Assembly: GCA_000004985.1 (NCBI GenBank)
Contig: GG738879.1
Direction: 5' to 3' (one strand)
Length of the DNA: 64,000 nt
Source: Naegleria gruberi
Taxonomy: Eukaryota
The translations under genes were made by a program, and so were the position numbers. The notes beneath the pieces are model-generated. The model did not search any database and was not told the DNA's origin. It saw nothing but the letters and a program-made list of their open reading frames with translations. Positions 22,225 through 31,455 of the stretch are shown here, piece by piece (position 1 is the first letter of the stretch; every line of letters begins with the position of its first letter).

Positions 22225-22758
22225 ATGTCCACAAGCAAATCTATTCGTATTTGGCAATCCAATTTCAATTCTCTCGAAACTGAAGAACATACCACAATCT
22301 TTCAAATTAATCCTTCCATGACAGTTGACCAATTTAAAACTGACTATTTCAATGGTGTTTCTGATGTTGTAATTTTCAATAATTCAACACAATTGAAAGA
22401 CACTGATCTGATTGCCAAACATCAAAATTTAGAAATTGCTCCCAAAAGCACATGTTTCAAACTCTTAATTGACAGATTTGGTCAATCAGAAACTTCATTC
22501 TTCTTGTATCGTTCCTATTCTGGCATTAAGAAAAGCCACATATGCCAAATAATTGATTCGTATAATATGCAAATTGATGGACAATACTATTCATTAGATG
22601 ATGTACTCGCTTTCACCTATGAAGAAGAAAATGGAAAATTGTTTCATATTTTCAATCAAGATGAAAATTGGAAGGTTGTGAAAAGGGAATTGGCAGAATT
22701 GACCAATGAATATATTGAAATTAAAACACTGTTGGGAATGGAAAATACACAGCATTGA
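22225..22758 (+). CDS. Hypothetical protein (177 aa)
   Basis: ATG at 22225, clean ORF. An overlapping +1-frame ORF at 22755..22958 could indicate a frameshift or a C-terminal extension. Confidence 0.4.
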   Translation: MSTSKSIRIWQSNFNSLETEEHTTIFQINPSMTVDQFKTDYFNGVSDVVIFNNSTQLKDTDLIAKHQNLEIAPKSTCFKLLIDRFGQSETSFFLYRSYSGIKKSHICQIIDSYNMQIDGQYYSLDDVLAFTYEEENGKLFHIFNQDENWKVVKRELAELTNEYIEIKTLLGMENTQH

Positions 22759-23014
22759 TGGAAGGTTTTATGGATGGGAATGTAATTCTCATTTCAAATG
22801 TTGAGAAACATGGAGTTAATGGAGAGATTACAAATTTAGAGTTGATGGACATGATGTTTATTTATCTAATTTTGGAAATTCAACCAATCCAAAGAAAAAC
22901 TGAGAATGATAATAGTCTTCATAATGTGGTATTAAATAGAGGGAAAGAGAATATCTAATTTCTACTCGAAAATCATTTTGAAATTATTGAAATTATTGAA
23001 CTTATTGTAAACAT

Positions 23015-24583
23015 TTACAAATCATCATATTGCTGTTGTCTATTACTGCTCAAATTTTGTAAAGATTTGTTCCTCTTGATAACACACGACACAATTATCG
23101 AAGCCATCACTGTAAATAAAAAGAACATGAATAAAAAGCATGGTAAAATAATAAATGTCCAATCATCTGAATATTCATCTTGTACATTGAATGTTATCTG
23201 AGCGAATGGTGAAGAGTAGGCCCTCACTGAAATGTAAACAATTCGCTCATAGCTTGCATAGTTGTAATACAGAGTTTGATATGGTCCACTTCCATCAGAG
23301 CTCAATAATAATCGAGAGGAATAGTAATCTGAATTGGTTGGCAACTGTTCGGATTGAATTTTGATTTGAACGTCCATATCTTCATCTCCTTGAGTTTTCA
23401 ACATAATTTCTTTGAATATAACTGAATGATAGGGTTCAATTCGATACTTGTAATATTTAATAGTTCCTAATGTAATCTTACCAGTATCCACTTCAGATCC
23501 ATCAAATAATTCAGTAATTCCATTCGTGCTATTCACCATCTTTTTAGCAAATATTACAATTACATAACAAGAGTATGGCAGTTTAAAGATTGATTGTGAA
23601 TTATTCGTATGAGTGACTGATGACATGATATAAACTGAACTAGCAGAATATCTCGAACATCCACATGTAATACTCATTGGATCAATATCTACACTAACTC
23701 CTAAATAATCAGTATATTTTCCATTAAGATTTCTGAAATACCAAGTCAACCCTAATTCATTTGGTCTTTCAGAAAATTCTTGATAGGAAAATGCCTTTAG
23801 TGCAATATAATCTTTTGGGAAATAACTGGTAGTCAAATATGAAACCGAATAGAGAGAGTATCCTGTCTTTGATGAGAGTGTTGGATAAATATTAGGATAA
23901 TAAACAAGCAATTCATTATTCGAATCTATGGAATATTTCAATAAAGAAGGTCCATACAATCGATTCAAATTTCCAAGATAAGAAGTTGAAGGTACCATTC
24001 CACTAGCTAAGCATATTACCATTCTAGGAATATCAGATTCATCATTGGAATGCTCAGTAAAATTATACGAAAACGAAACTCTATCAGCAATCGAAACTTG
24101 TGCATTCGTAGAATGAAATACACTCTGATTTAAATTCGATTGCACAAATATATCCATCTTTCTTGGATCTGCATTCAAAATTCCCCTAGACGTTATAAAA
24201 TACATATTCAATTCAGCATTATTCCTATTCGAAAGTTCTCCAAATTCAAATTCATAAATTCCAAATATTTTGTAAGAAGTTTTGAATGGTGGAAGTTGAA
24301 ATTCGGAAAATTGAGAAATTGGTAAAGATTTCACTTGGAACGAAAATGGTAATTCTGAATCAAAGCCAAAAATAACGTAAGTTTGATATTCGTTTAGGTT
24401 TCGAATAGTGAAGACATCATACGATGGTGTTACATTGTAGAAGGTATTAAATTGGGCATTGATGGTCGATTCGGAAGATTGTGTGGAAATTTCTTGTTGC
24501 TGCGAGTTGATACTATTTATCGTCATCATTAGAAACCAGACGAAAGTTGTTAAATAAAAAAATCTGCTTATTGATGCTTGCAT
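23015..24583 (-). CDS. Type I membrane glycoprotein-like protein (signal peptide, C-terminal TM), hypothetical
   Basis: N-terminal hydrophobic segment FYLTTFVWFLMMTINSINS, many NxS/T sites, C-terminal TM FIILPCFLFMFFLFTVMASIIVSCVI. ATG at 24583. Confidence 0.55.
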   Translation of the reverse strand: MQASISRFFYLTTFVWFLMMTINSINSQQQEISTQSSESTINAQFNTFYNVTPSYDVFTIRNLNEYQTYVIFGFDSELPFSFQVKSLPISQFSEFQLPPFKTSYKIFGIYEFEFGELSNRNNAELNMYFITSRGILNADPRKMDIFVQSNLNQSVFHSTNAQVSIADRVSFSYNFTEHSNDESDIPRMVICLASGMVPSTSYLGNLNRLYGPSLLKYSIDSNNELLVYYPNIYPTLSSKTGYSLYSVSYLTTSYFPKDYIALKAFSYQEFSERPNELGLTWYFRNLNGKYTDYLGVSVDIDPMSITCGCSRYSASSVYIMSSVTHTNNSQSIFKLPYSCYVIVIFAKKMVNSTNGITELFDGSEVDTGKITLGTIKYYKYRIEPYHSVIFKEIMLKTQGDEDMDVQIKIQSEQLPTNSDYYSSRLLLSSDGSGPYQTLYYNYASYERIVYISVRAYSSPFAQITFNVQDEYSDDWTFIILPCFLFMFFLFTVMASIIVSCVIKRNKSLQNLSSNRQQQYDDL

Positions 24584-24739
24584 TTTTTTCTGTTACAGTT
24601 TCCAATTCACTTCTTCTAACAATCATCTAACCATCTTCCAAAATATTACATCTTCTTTCGTATTGTCTTCATTCTTCATTAAACTAAACCTTTCGTACAA
24701 ATTACAAAGAATCATTTATTTAAAAACTAATCAAAAAAA

Positions 24740-25507
24740 ATGATACTCTTCATACCCTCCTTTTCCAGAATCCTGAAAAGCCCTCGTTACTACATGCTTG
24801 GCCTCGGTTTGACATTTGTCATTTTGGCCATTGGTTTCACAGTTTTATTTTCTAATGAATATTCTGCACTTCAACCTAGACCTGCAGTTTGTAGTTTGTT
24901 TGGAGGAAATATAGTGAGAAGAACGTGTAGTGATACTGACTGTCAGTTGTCAGATAAATTTAATGTCAAAAATTATAAATTGCCAACTGAAGCTCGAATT
25001 CATTATTTATTGCAAATTAATGATTTGAAGGATGACAGAAAGAGTGTTGGTGAGATGCAGGAAAAATGTCAGAGTGGAGTTTCTATTTGTTATGAACCAG
25101 GTTGGTCGGTCAATTCGAATATAAATCAACAAGTTAGAAGAATTTCAAGTGGAATGGTGACAGTCAATCAGGAACTATCTCTGTATTTAACACAAGAATT
25201 GACCAATTCGACAGATGACACATTTTGGAATTGTTTTGAAAGATTTAATGTGGTCAATTGGTATTTTGATGATTTTTCAGTTTTGGTGCCAAAAACTTAT
25301 TTAATTTTGTTTTGTGTTTTTTATCCAATTGGATTGACATTGATTTTGGCAGCTGTCATTTGGTGGTCAATTATTGGATATAGATATTTGAAGAATAGAA
25401 AGAAGAATGGTTCATCTAGTGCTGCTGCTGATTCTTCTGAAAGTAAGAAGAATGAGAGACAGCCATTGGTAATTAATGGTCAACCATCAAATGGAAGCTC
25501 TGTATAA
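24740..25507 (+). CDS. Two-TM membrane protein, hypothetical
   Basis: TM near the N-terminus (LGLGLTFVILAIGFTVLF) and near the C-terminus (LILFCVFYPIGLTLILAAVIWWSII). ATG at 24740. Confidence 0.5.
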   Translation: MILFIPSFSRILKSPRYYMLGLGLTFVILAIGFTVLFSNEYSALQPRPAVCSLFGGNIVRRTCSDTDCQLSDKFNVKNYKLPTEARIHYLLQINDLKDDRKSVGEMQEKCQSGVSICYEPGWSVNSNINQQVRRISSGMVTVNQELSLYLTQELTNSTDDTFWNCFERFNVVNWYFDDFSVLVPKTYLILFCVFYPIGLTLILAAVIWWSIIGYRYLKNRKKNGSSSAAADSSESKKNERQPLVINGQPSNGSSV

Positions 25508-25619
25508 AGTTCTTCATGTAATATATTTCATCATAAAGAGATCTTTTTGAGTCATTAAGATCAACCCCACTAAGGCGTATACCAAAAATTCCCTGAACCC
25601 CTTAATACTATTCTTCAAT

Positions 25620-25800
25620 ATTTTGATTTTCCGTTAATGCTTCCAAGGACTGAATTGATATTGATTTGTGTTTTTATCCTATTGGTTTATTGTTATTGAC
25701 TGCAACTGTTATTTGGTTTCTTGTGATAGGAATTAGATTTTGAAAAAGGAGGAAGAACAATTGCTAATAATTCTGGAAATTCTAAAGCCAAGAAAAAGTC
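25620..25800 (+). pseudogene. Decayed partial tandem duplicate of the 3' end of the 24740-25507 gene
   Basis: 25650-25760 aligns at roughly 75% identity to 25300-25410 (ttgttttgtgttttttatccaattggattgacattgatttt... vs ttgatttgtgtttttatcctattggtttattgttattgac...). It has an in-frame stop. Confidence 0.5.
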
Positions 25801-25842
25801 TCAACAAAAAGCAGCAACTCAATGGCTTAATATTAATCCAAT

Positions 25843-27736
25843 TTATTCATTATAAAAATTCCAAACCGAAATTGATGCATCCACAGAACATGTAATTATT
25901 TGTCTTTCATCTGGTGACCAAGAACATCTTGAAACACCAGCAGTACAGGAACCTGTACCAATAACTCTCTTTCTATTCATGTCCCAAATCTTAATCAACC
26001 CATCACTGCCACATGATGCTAAATATTTACCGCTCGAACTCATACTGACACAGCTTAATTGATTGTTTGGATCGTCAAACATCATGACTTGATCTGGGAA
26101 ATCAATATCCCAGAAACGAATCTTTCCGTCCAAACCACAAGTAATCACTTCAAGTTCATTATCAAATCGTTGAGATATTCCTGAAAAACCTGGGCACGAT
26201 CTATCAGCAATAGAGTGGAAGATCTTCTTCTTATTCTTTTGGAGGTCATATGTATAGACAAACTTATCCAAACTTGTAGTGTGTAACAGTGTTGATTGAC
26301 CAACATCAATCTTGACACCAGTAACTGCCTTAGTGTGATCTGCAAATTGCCCAAAGTTTTCTTGATTTCTCATTGACCAAATTCTAACAATACCATCTTG
26401 TCCACCACTAACCAGAATCTTTCCGTCCGTATCCAAACTAGTAACACCTCCTTTGTGAGTATTTACAATTTGCCATTCTTGTTGATTTGTTTTAATGTTG
26501 AAACATCTGATAAATCCATCAGACCAACCTGTGACAATCTTGTCTCCATTGAACAGAATACAGTTTGGTTTTGAACTTTGCGTATTGATAACGAAATTAT
26601 TGAGAGAAAAGTAATTTTCCAAATCCCACACCTTTACAGAACCATCAGAAGAGCAAGAGCAGAATAATTCATTTCTATCGTTGGAGAAGGCAACATCTGT
26701 TACTTCCTTAATGTGACTTTCCTCCAACAATTCACTTTGGAGATTGTCAGCATTAATCTTGAAAATCTTACCGGCATCAGTACCAGCAACCATCACTCTG
26801 TCATTAGAATGTAAAGTGAGAGAGGTAATCTTGCCGTTCAGTCTTGTTTCCTTCATTAATTTCCAAGTTGTATCTTGTCCTTTCAAAACTTTGAGTGAAC
26901 CATCACTGCATCCACAATAGAGAATATCCTTCTCGTTACACAACGACATGACACTAGATCCCACTGGGATGACATTTCTATAAATTGCATTCTTAATATT
27001 GAAAATCATTATTTCTCCTGATTTAGTACCAGCATAACAAAATTCGCCACTTTCATCAATACAGGCTTCCAGATATTCTCTTTGAGAACCAGCGGTTCTT
27101 CCAGGAAGTTGGCATGGTTTGAGTGAGAGAGTGAATTGCATTGATTTTGTATCGTATTGCCAAGAACAAACTTGAATGGAATTGTCTGTGGCAACAACGA
27201 AACAATAGACTGGTCTTCTTGGATTGAAATCTGGAGTCAATCCCGAATAAGCTACAAAGAATGCAGGTCTATCCAATTTGGTTCCTCCCGATAATCCACC
27301 AGTTTGAGTATCCCACACAGAGACCTTACCAGAACCATCTTGATGTGTTATTTTGGAATTAAAACATTTTAAACCTACCTGATACAGTAAGGAATTTGTC
27401 ATCGTGAGAGAAGGACAAGGACATTACTCGGTTAATGTGATTTTCAATCTTGAAAAGAATCTTCTTCTTTGCAATTTCCCAAACAATTACTGTAGCAATT
27501 TGTCCCTTACGTTTTGTGGTTCCGATTTGAGCAGTAGCCAACAATTTACCACTTGGAGCCATCGCAACGCATGTAATTTCCTCATCATGTTCAGTAAGGA
27601 ATTGTTGATTGTGAGCATCGGTCATATCTCCAACTACTAGAACACCACCAATCGGATACAAGATATATTTACTATTCTTTGGGTGTATCGATATTGTATG
27701 TCCATATTTGCCAGTATATCCAATAACATGCTCCAA
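25843..27736 (-). CDS. CFAP52: CFAP52/WDR16 (cilia- and flagella-associated WD-repeat protein), 2 exons; 5' start unresolved
   Basis: Exon 1 is 27379..27736 (..HVIGYTGKYGH..PSGKLLATAQ..FLTVS). A 40-nt intron spans 27339..27378 (GTAGGT...CATCAAG). Exon 2 is 25843..27338 (DGSGKVSVWD...). The protein is colinear with human CFAP52 (DAVIGFNGHVPTGLKCHPDQEHMIYPLGC.., LVSLGGPDDGSVVVWS..) with WD repeats throughout. There is no in-frame ATG upstream of EHVIGY. Confidence 0.85.
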
Positions 27737-27791
27737 TTCAATACAATTCTCTGTGGTTGTTGATTCATTTTTTTATTTTATGATGTTGAGA

Positions 27792-27803
27792 TTTGGCGCC
27801 AAA
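27792..27803. promoter_or_regulatory. Perfect 12-bp palindrome TTTGGCGCCAAA (E2F-like TTTSGCGC core) 56 bp upstream of CFAP52
   Basis: A GC-rich palindrome in AT-rich intergenic DNA between the divergent CFAP52 gene and the 28030 gene. The same 12-mer recurs at 37472. Confidence 0.45.
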
Positions 27804-27844
27804 GTGAGTTACGATTTTTTGGCAGCTTAAAACCTCAATCTAAT

Positions 27845-27853
27845 TTTGGCGCC
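27845..27853. promoter_or_regulatory. Second TTTGGCGCC half-site in the same intergenic region
   Basis: ttttggcgccttt, 53 bp from the first site. Confidence 0.35.
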
Positions 27854-28029
27854 TTTATTTAAACAAAAAAAATAGAAGAACGAGTCAGAGTGCCATCATC
27901 ATCATTTGTAAATTATAGTTAACCATCATCGTATCATTTCGGAGTTTGATATTATTTGATATTCTAAAAAATAGCAACAACACCTTCGTCAAAAGTATTG
28001 GTAATTTATTAATTTATTAAAAAACAAGA

Positions 28030-28505
28030 ATGAGCACTAGTAATGATTATCGTTCCAATGTATCACCTCAAGATTATGGAATTGGAGGATCAGATTCTGA
28101 TAATCAAGTCCATGAAATGCCAAAACCTTCCAAGTTTGCTCCCGAAATTGCCATACAGACAGAAACACATCCAGTGGAATCATACATTGATCCTAAATAT
28201 CAATTCTCTCAGTGGCAGTTGAGAAAGAATGTTGTGAGAGCAGCCGATTTGAGAGATAAGAAGGACTCTAAAACGCAAACCATTCAATCACACTTTAGAA
28301 GAGAAAATGAAACACAAGTTTATCCTAAAAAGTAAGTTCACAATATCACCTAGCATTTGATAACTATTATTATAGAGAAAAAGATACACAGACAAGAAAA
28401 GACAGTGGTACAAATCCAGTTAAACACACTAGATACATCAAAGGGTTAAGAGGAAATAAGGAAGCTAAAATGTCAGTTGTAGAGCTGAAGTTTGACCAAA
28501 ATTAA
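28030..28505 (+). CDS. Hypothetical small protein, probably 2 exons
   Basis: Exon 1 is 28030..28331 (ends ..YPKK). A 44-nt GTAAGT...TTATAG intron spans 28332..28375. Exon 2 is 28376..28505 (EKDTQTRKDSGTNPVKHTRYIKGLRGNKEAKMSVVELKFDQN, stop at 28503-28505). The splice is inferred from consensus sites and frame continuity only. Confidence 0.4.
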
Positions 28506-28599
28506 TGTAAATAATAATTAAAACAATTTCAAAAAGAATAATTTCAAGGATTTAATTATTTTCAATTATTAATTTGCTTTATTTAGTAATCGATCCAAA

Positions 28600-29970
28600 T
28601 TAAACTACTTTAAAATTATTGGAGTCATCAGTTGGTGGATTGAAAATAATTCTCGAATAGTAAAAGTTATTGTGAGCATTGCAAACAACCTGAAAGACTG
28701 TTTCATTATTACATGATGGATAATTAGAAATACATTGCATTGAAAAGTTGAAATAATCAGTATTGAACATTGCTTCACCATCTGGCATTTTGGTTTTTTC
28801 CAAAAATTCATTCAATTGTTCATGAGTTGTCTTTTCGTGTAAATTCAATTTTGAGAAATCCTTTACATTTTGTGAGAGGTATGTTCTGGCTGCACATCTT
28901 CGTTCGACAGAATTTTGTAATAATTCATCATCGAGTGCCCATTTTGGATCTACCTTATCAACCCAATGATCAATATTTGTTTGAATGAGGAATTTACGTT
29001 GAGAAATAGTTGGTTGATCGTTGAGATGTTGTCTGTTGAGATCTGATCTTCTAGTTTTGCTTAGAAGGACAGCATTCGATTCTCCACAAATGAGTAAATA
29101 GCAAGGAGCCATAAGTGGATATTCATCGATCCATTTTAGAGCAGTTTCCATTGAATCTGCATCTTCCAATAACTTTCTAATCATATATTCTGCTGGATAA
29201 TAATTCAGAAAACCTGCCAAAATATTTGTCACAAATCCAACTAATTCAAATGATGTTTCAGGATCCTTTCTGTAATTGAGAGAAATACTAAATGGCTTGG
29301 CTTCTCTATTCTTTTCATTTTCAGGTTGTCTAAATCTCAATCCAGTCATAGTTCCATTGAATCCAACCCATGTAGTACATCTGTAAATTAATCTTTCTCC
29401 TCTCACCCAATTAACATCAACTGTCAAGTCTCTAAACGGATCAGCAATTGACTTGTCCCAATCCAAATTCCTCAAATGTGTAACTCCTCCCAATGAATCA
29501 TCTCCTTCCTCCTTCACTGCAATCGATGAACACATGGCCAAGAAATTATATCCCAAATTCAAATTCAACAAATCACTAAAAGTCAATCCAAAGGCCTCTT
29601 CAGTCAATTCTGCAATTCCTTCCAATTCTTCTACAACCTCATCACTGATTGTGGTTAATAATTGTTTAGCTCCCCATCCAGAGAGTTTCATTCCTAATTT
29701 TCCAAACCATCCAGCTTGTTCATCAGCCATCTTGTCGATATACCCTTTCAGAGGCTTCATCTTTTCCAGATATTCAGCAACGATTGGTTTCCATCGTTGT
29801 CGTGGTGGAGTATTCAGATCGATGGTAAAAACAGGAGAGGGTTTAATATTGAATCGTGATGGTGATGAATTGTTGACGACGGAAGGAGACGAAGAATTGG
29901 CTGTTTCGTGATGATCAGAAACTGCCGTTGCTGGCTGAGAATCGTTGAAAGTGTTTGATTGTTGTTGCAT
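28600..29970 (-). CDS. Acid ceramidase / N-acylethanolamine acid amidase (NAAA) family Ntn-hydrolase
   Basis: CSSIAV (nucleophile Cys; ASAH1 has CTSI), LRNLDW (GRNMDF), PLMAPCYLLICGE (LAPAYFILGG), LIQTNIDHW (VVQTNYDRW), plus the N-terminal alpha-subunit region. ATG at 29970. Confidence 0.8.
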   Translation of the reverse strand: MQQQSNTFNDSQPATAVSDHHETANSSSPSVVNNSSPSRFNIKPSPVFTIDLNTPPRQRWKPIVAEYLEKMKPLKGYIDKMADEQAGWFGKLGMKLSGWGAKQLLTTISDEVVEELEGIAELTEEAFGLTFSDLLNLNLGYNFLAMCSSIAVKEEGDDSLGGVTHLRNLDWDKSIADPFRDLTVDVNWVRGERLIYRCTTWVGFNGTMTGLRFRQPENEKNREAKPFSISLNYRKDPETSFELVGFVTNILAGFLNYYPAEYMIRKLLEDADSMETALKWIDEYPLMAPCYLLICGESNAVLLSKTRRSDLNRQHLNDQPTISQRKFLIQTNIDHWVDKVDPKWALDDELLQNSVERRCAARTYLSQNVKDFSKLNLHEKTTHEQLNEFLEKTKMPDGEAMFNTDYFNFSMQCISNYPSCNNETVFQVVCNAHNNFYYSRIIFNPPTDDSNNFKVV

Positions 29971-30064
29971 TTTTTTATCTAGTTGGATATTGTAAATGGA
30001 TGAAAGAAGACAGGCAGAAAACTACTTTAAATATTTATTGAAAATTTTAGATAACATTATGTAA

Positions 30065-30135
30065 TCGGGTGTGGTATAGTGGTAGCATTCCAGACTGTCA
30101 CTCTGGCGACCCGGGTTCAATTCCCGGCACTCGAG
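30065..30135 (+). tRNA. tRNA-Asp (anticodon GTC)
   Basis: Acceptor TCGGGTG/CACTCGA (one G-U pair). D arm GTATAGTGGTAGCAT. Anticodon stem CCAGA/TCTGG with loop CTGTCAC. T arm CCGGGTTCAATTCCCGG. Discriminator G. Confidence 0.85.
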
Positions 30136-30371
30136 TAAAGTTTTGCTATTATTTTTACTATCTTTGCTTTCCAGAGACTCAGAGTACTTATATTTCCATT
30201 TTTAGAAGCCTCAGCCTATTTTTTTATTGAACGAGAAACATTTTTAAAAAATTCTTTCAAATCCAATAAACTCAGCACAAATATCAAAATAGTTCTTCTC
30301 AGTTCCAATATTCGAAAGCATTCTAGAACTGAACAAAATCTAAATTACAATAAAAAAAATTAAAAAAAAAA

Positions 30372-31304
30372 ATGATCAAACATCAACAACAACATGCTTC
30401 TCGCCTCTCACTTCCACCTTCGATGCACCATCTTCCCAAACGAAGATTCCAACTCGATCATCACTCGGAATATTACAAACAAGATCGTCAAGAGATGAAA
30501 CAGTGTCAAATGGTGCAATTCCGAGAATGGTATTCGAATTATTCAAATATTATTATATTTGATATGGATAGAGTGAGAGGATCAATGCTTATGGAATTGA
30601 GACGTGAAATTCGATTTTTAGAAATGGGAGAATTATTGGTTGCAAAGAATACGGTCATTATTCGAATTATTAAAGAAATGAAAGCACAAAGTTTGAATGA
30701 AACGGAATGCCAAGCACTTGAAGAATTGAGTAAACACATGCATGGTTCAATTTGTTTACTTTTCACGAATGGAAATTGTTTGGAAGTGAAACGATTTGTC
30801 GAATCGAAAGTGACATTTGAGAGACCGAAACCAGGAGACAAGATTTTGGAGGATTATTATATTGAACCTTATTTAACTCACTTGGATCCAACAAGAACGT
30901 CATTCTTTGCTGCTTTGAATGTTGCAACAAAGATTTCAAAAGGAAGTATTGAAATAATCAATCGACCATTACTTTTGAGAAAGGGCGAATTAGTTGGACA
31001 TTCAGAATATGCCTTGCTTGTCAAATTGGAATTGAAACCATTCAAGATTGGATTGAAGGCATTGTATGTGTTTGATAGAGAGAATTATTGCATTTATGAT
31101 GAAAAGATGTTGGATTACAATTTGAATCATTCTGTTTATGAAGCAATGTATAATGTTGGAGCAATTACAATGGAGTGCAATCTTGAGAATCAAATTTCTG
31201 TACTAATTGCTCTCAAGAAGGGAATTCATGATTTATTGGCTCTGGAAAGTGAAATTGAGAATTGTGAAAAGAAGAGAACTATTGAAAATGATGATGTAGA
31301 TTGA
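30372..31304 (+). CDS. uL10-family protein, Mrt4-like (ribosome assembly / mRNA turnover protein 4) or P0-like
   Basis: ..NIIIFDMDRVRGSMLMELRREIRFLEMGELLVAKNTV.. and GSICLLFTNGNCLEVKRFV match Mrt4 (GEVGLLFTNRTKEEVNEWF). Acidic C-terminus. Confidence 0.65.
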   Translation: MIKHQQQHASRLSLPPSMHHLPKRRFQLDHHSEYYKQDRQEMKQCQMVQFREWYSNYSNIIIFDMDRVRGSMLMELRREIRFLEMGELLVAKNTVIIRIIKEMKAQSLNETECQALEELSKHMHGSICLLFTNGNCLEVKRFVESKVTFERPKPGDKILEDYYIEPYLTHLDPTRTSFFAALNVATKISKGSIEIINRPLLLRKGELVGHSEYALLVKLELKPFKIGLKALYVFDRENYCIYDEKMLDYNLNHSVYEAMYNVGAITMECNLENQISVLIALKKGIHDLLALESEIENCEKKRTIENDDVD

Positions 31305-31455
31305 ATATTCATCATTAAAATAAGTGTTATTATTCTTATCATTGTATTCGAAACTATTGTAAACAACATTCCACGAGTTGTAAACATTGTTACTTGATTA
31401 TAATCGAAGAGAGATAACGAAGTTTCACAACACTCCTGGTAGAGAATCATAAAAA

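Noticed and set aside
22755-22958. 67-aa ORF overlapping the 3' end of the 22225-22758 gene in another frame
   Set aside because: No splice sites connect the frames and the ORF has no recognisable content. It could be a frameshifted C-terminal extension, but evidence is insufficient.
29453-29911. 152-aa ORF antisense to the acid ceramidase gene; similar antisense ORFs occur inside the ABC, helicase, TPR and cyclase genes
   Set aside because: They are fully contained in well-supported genes on the opposite strand and are low-complexity. They are spurious.
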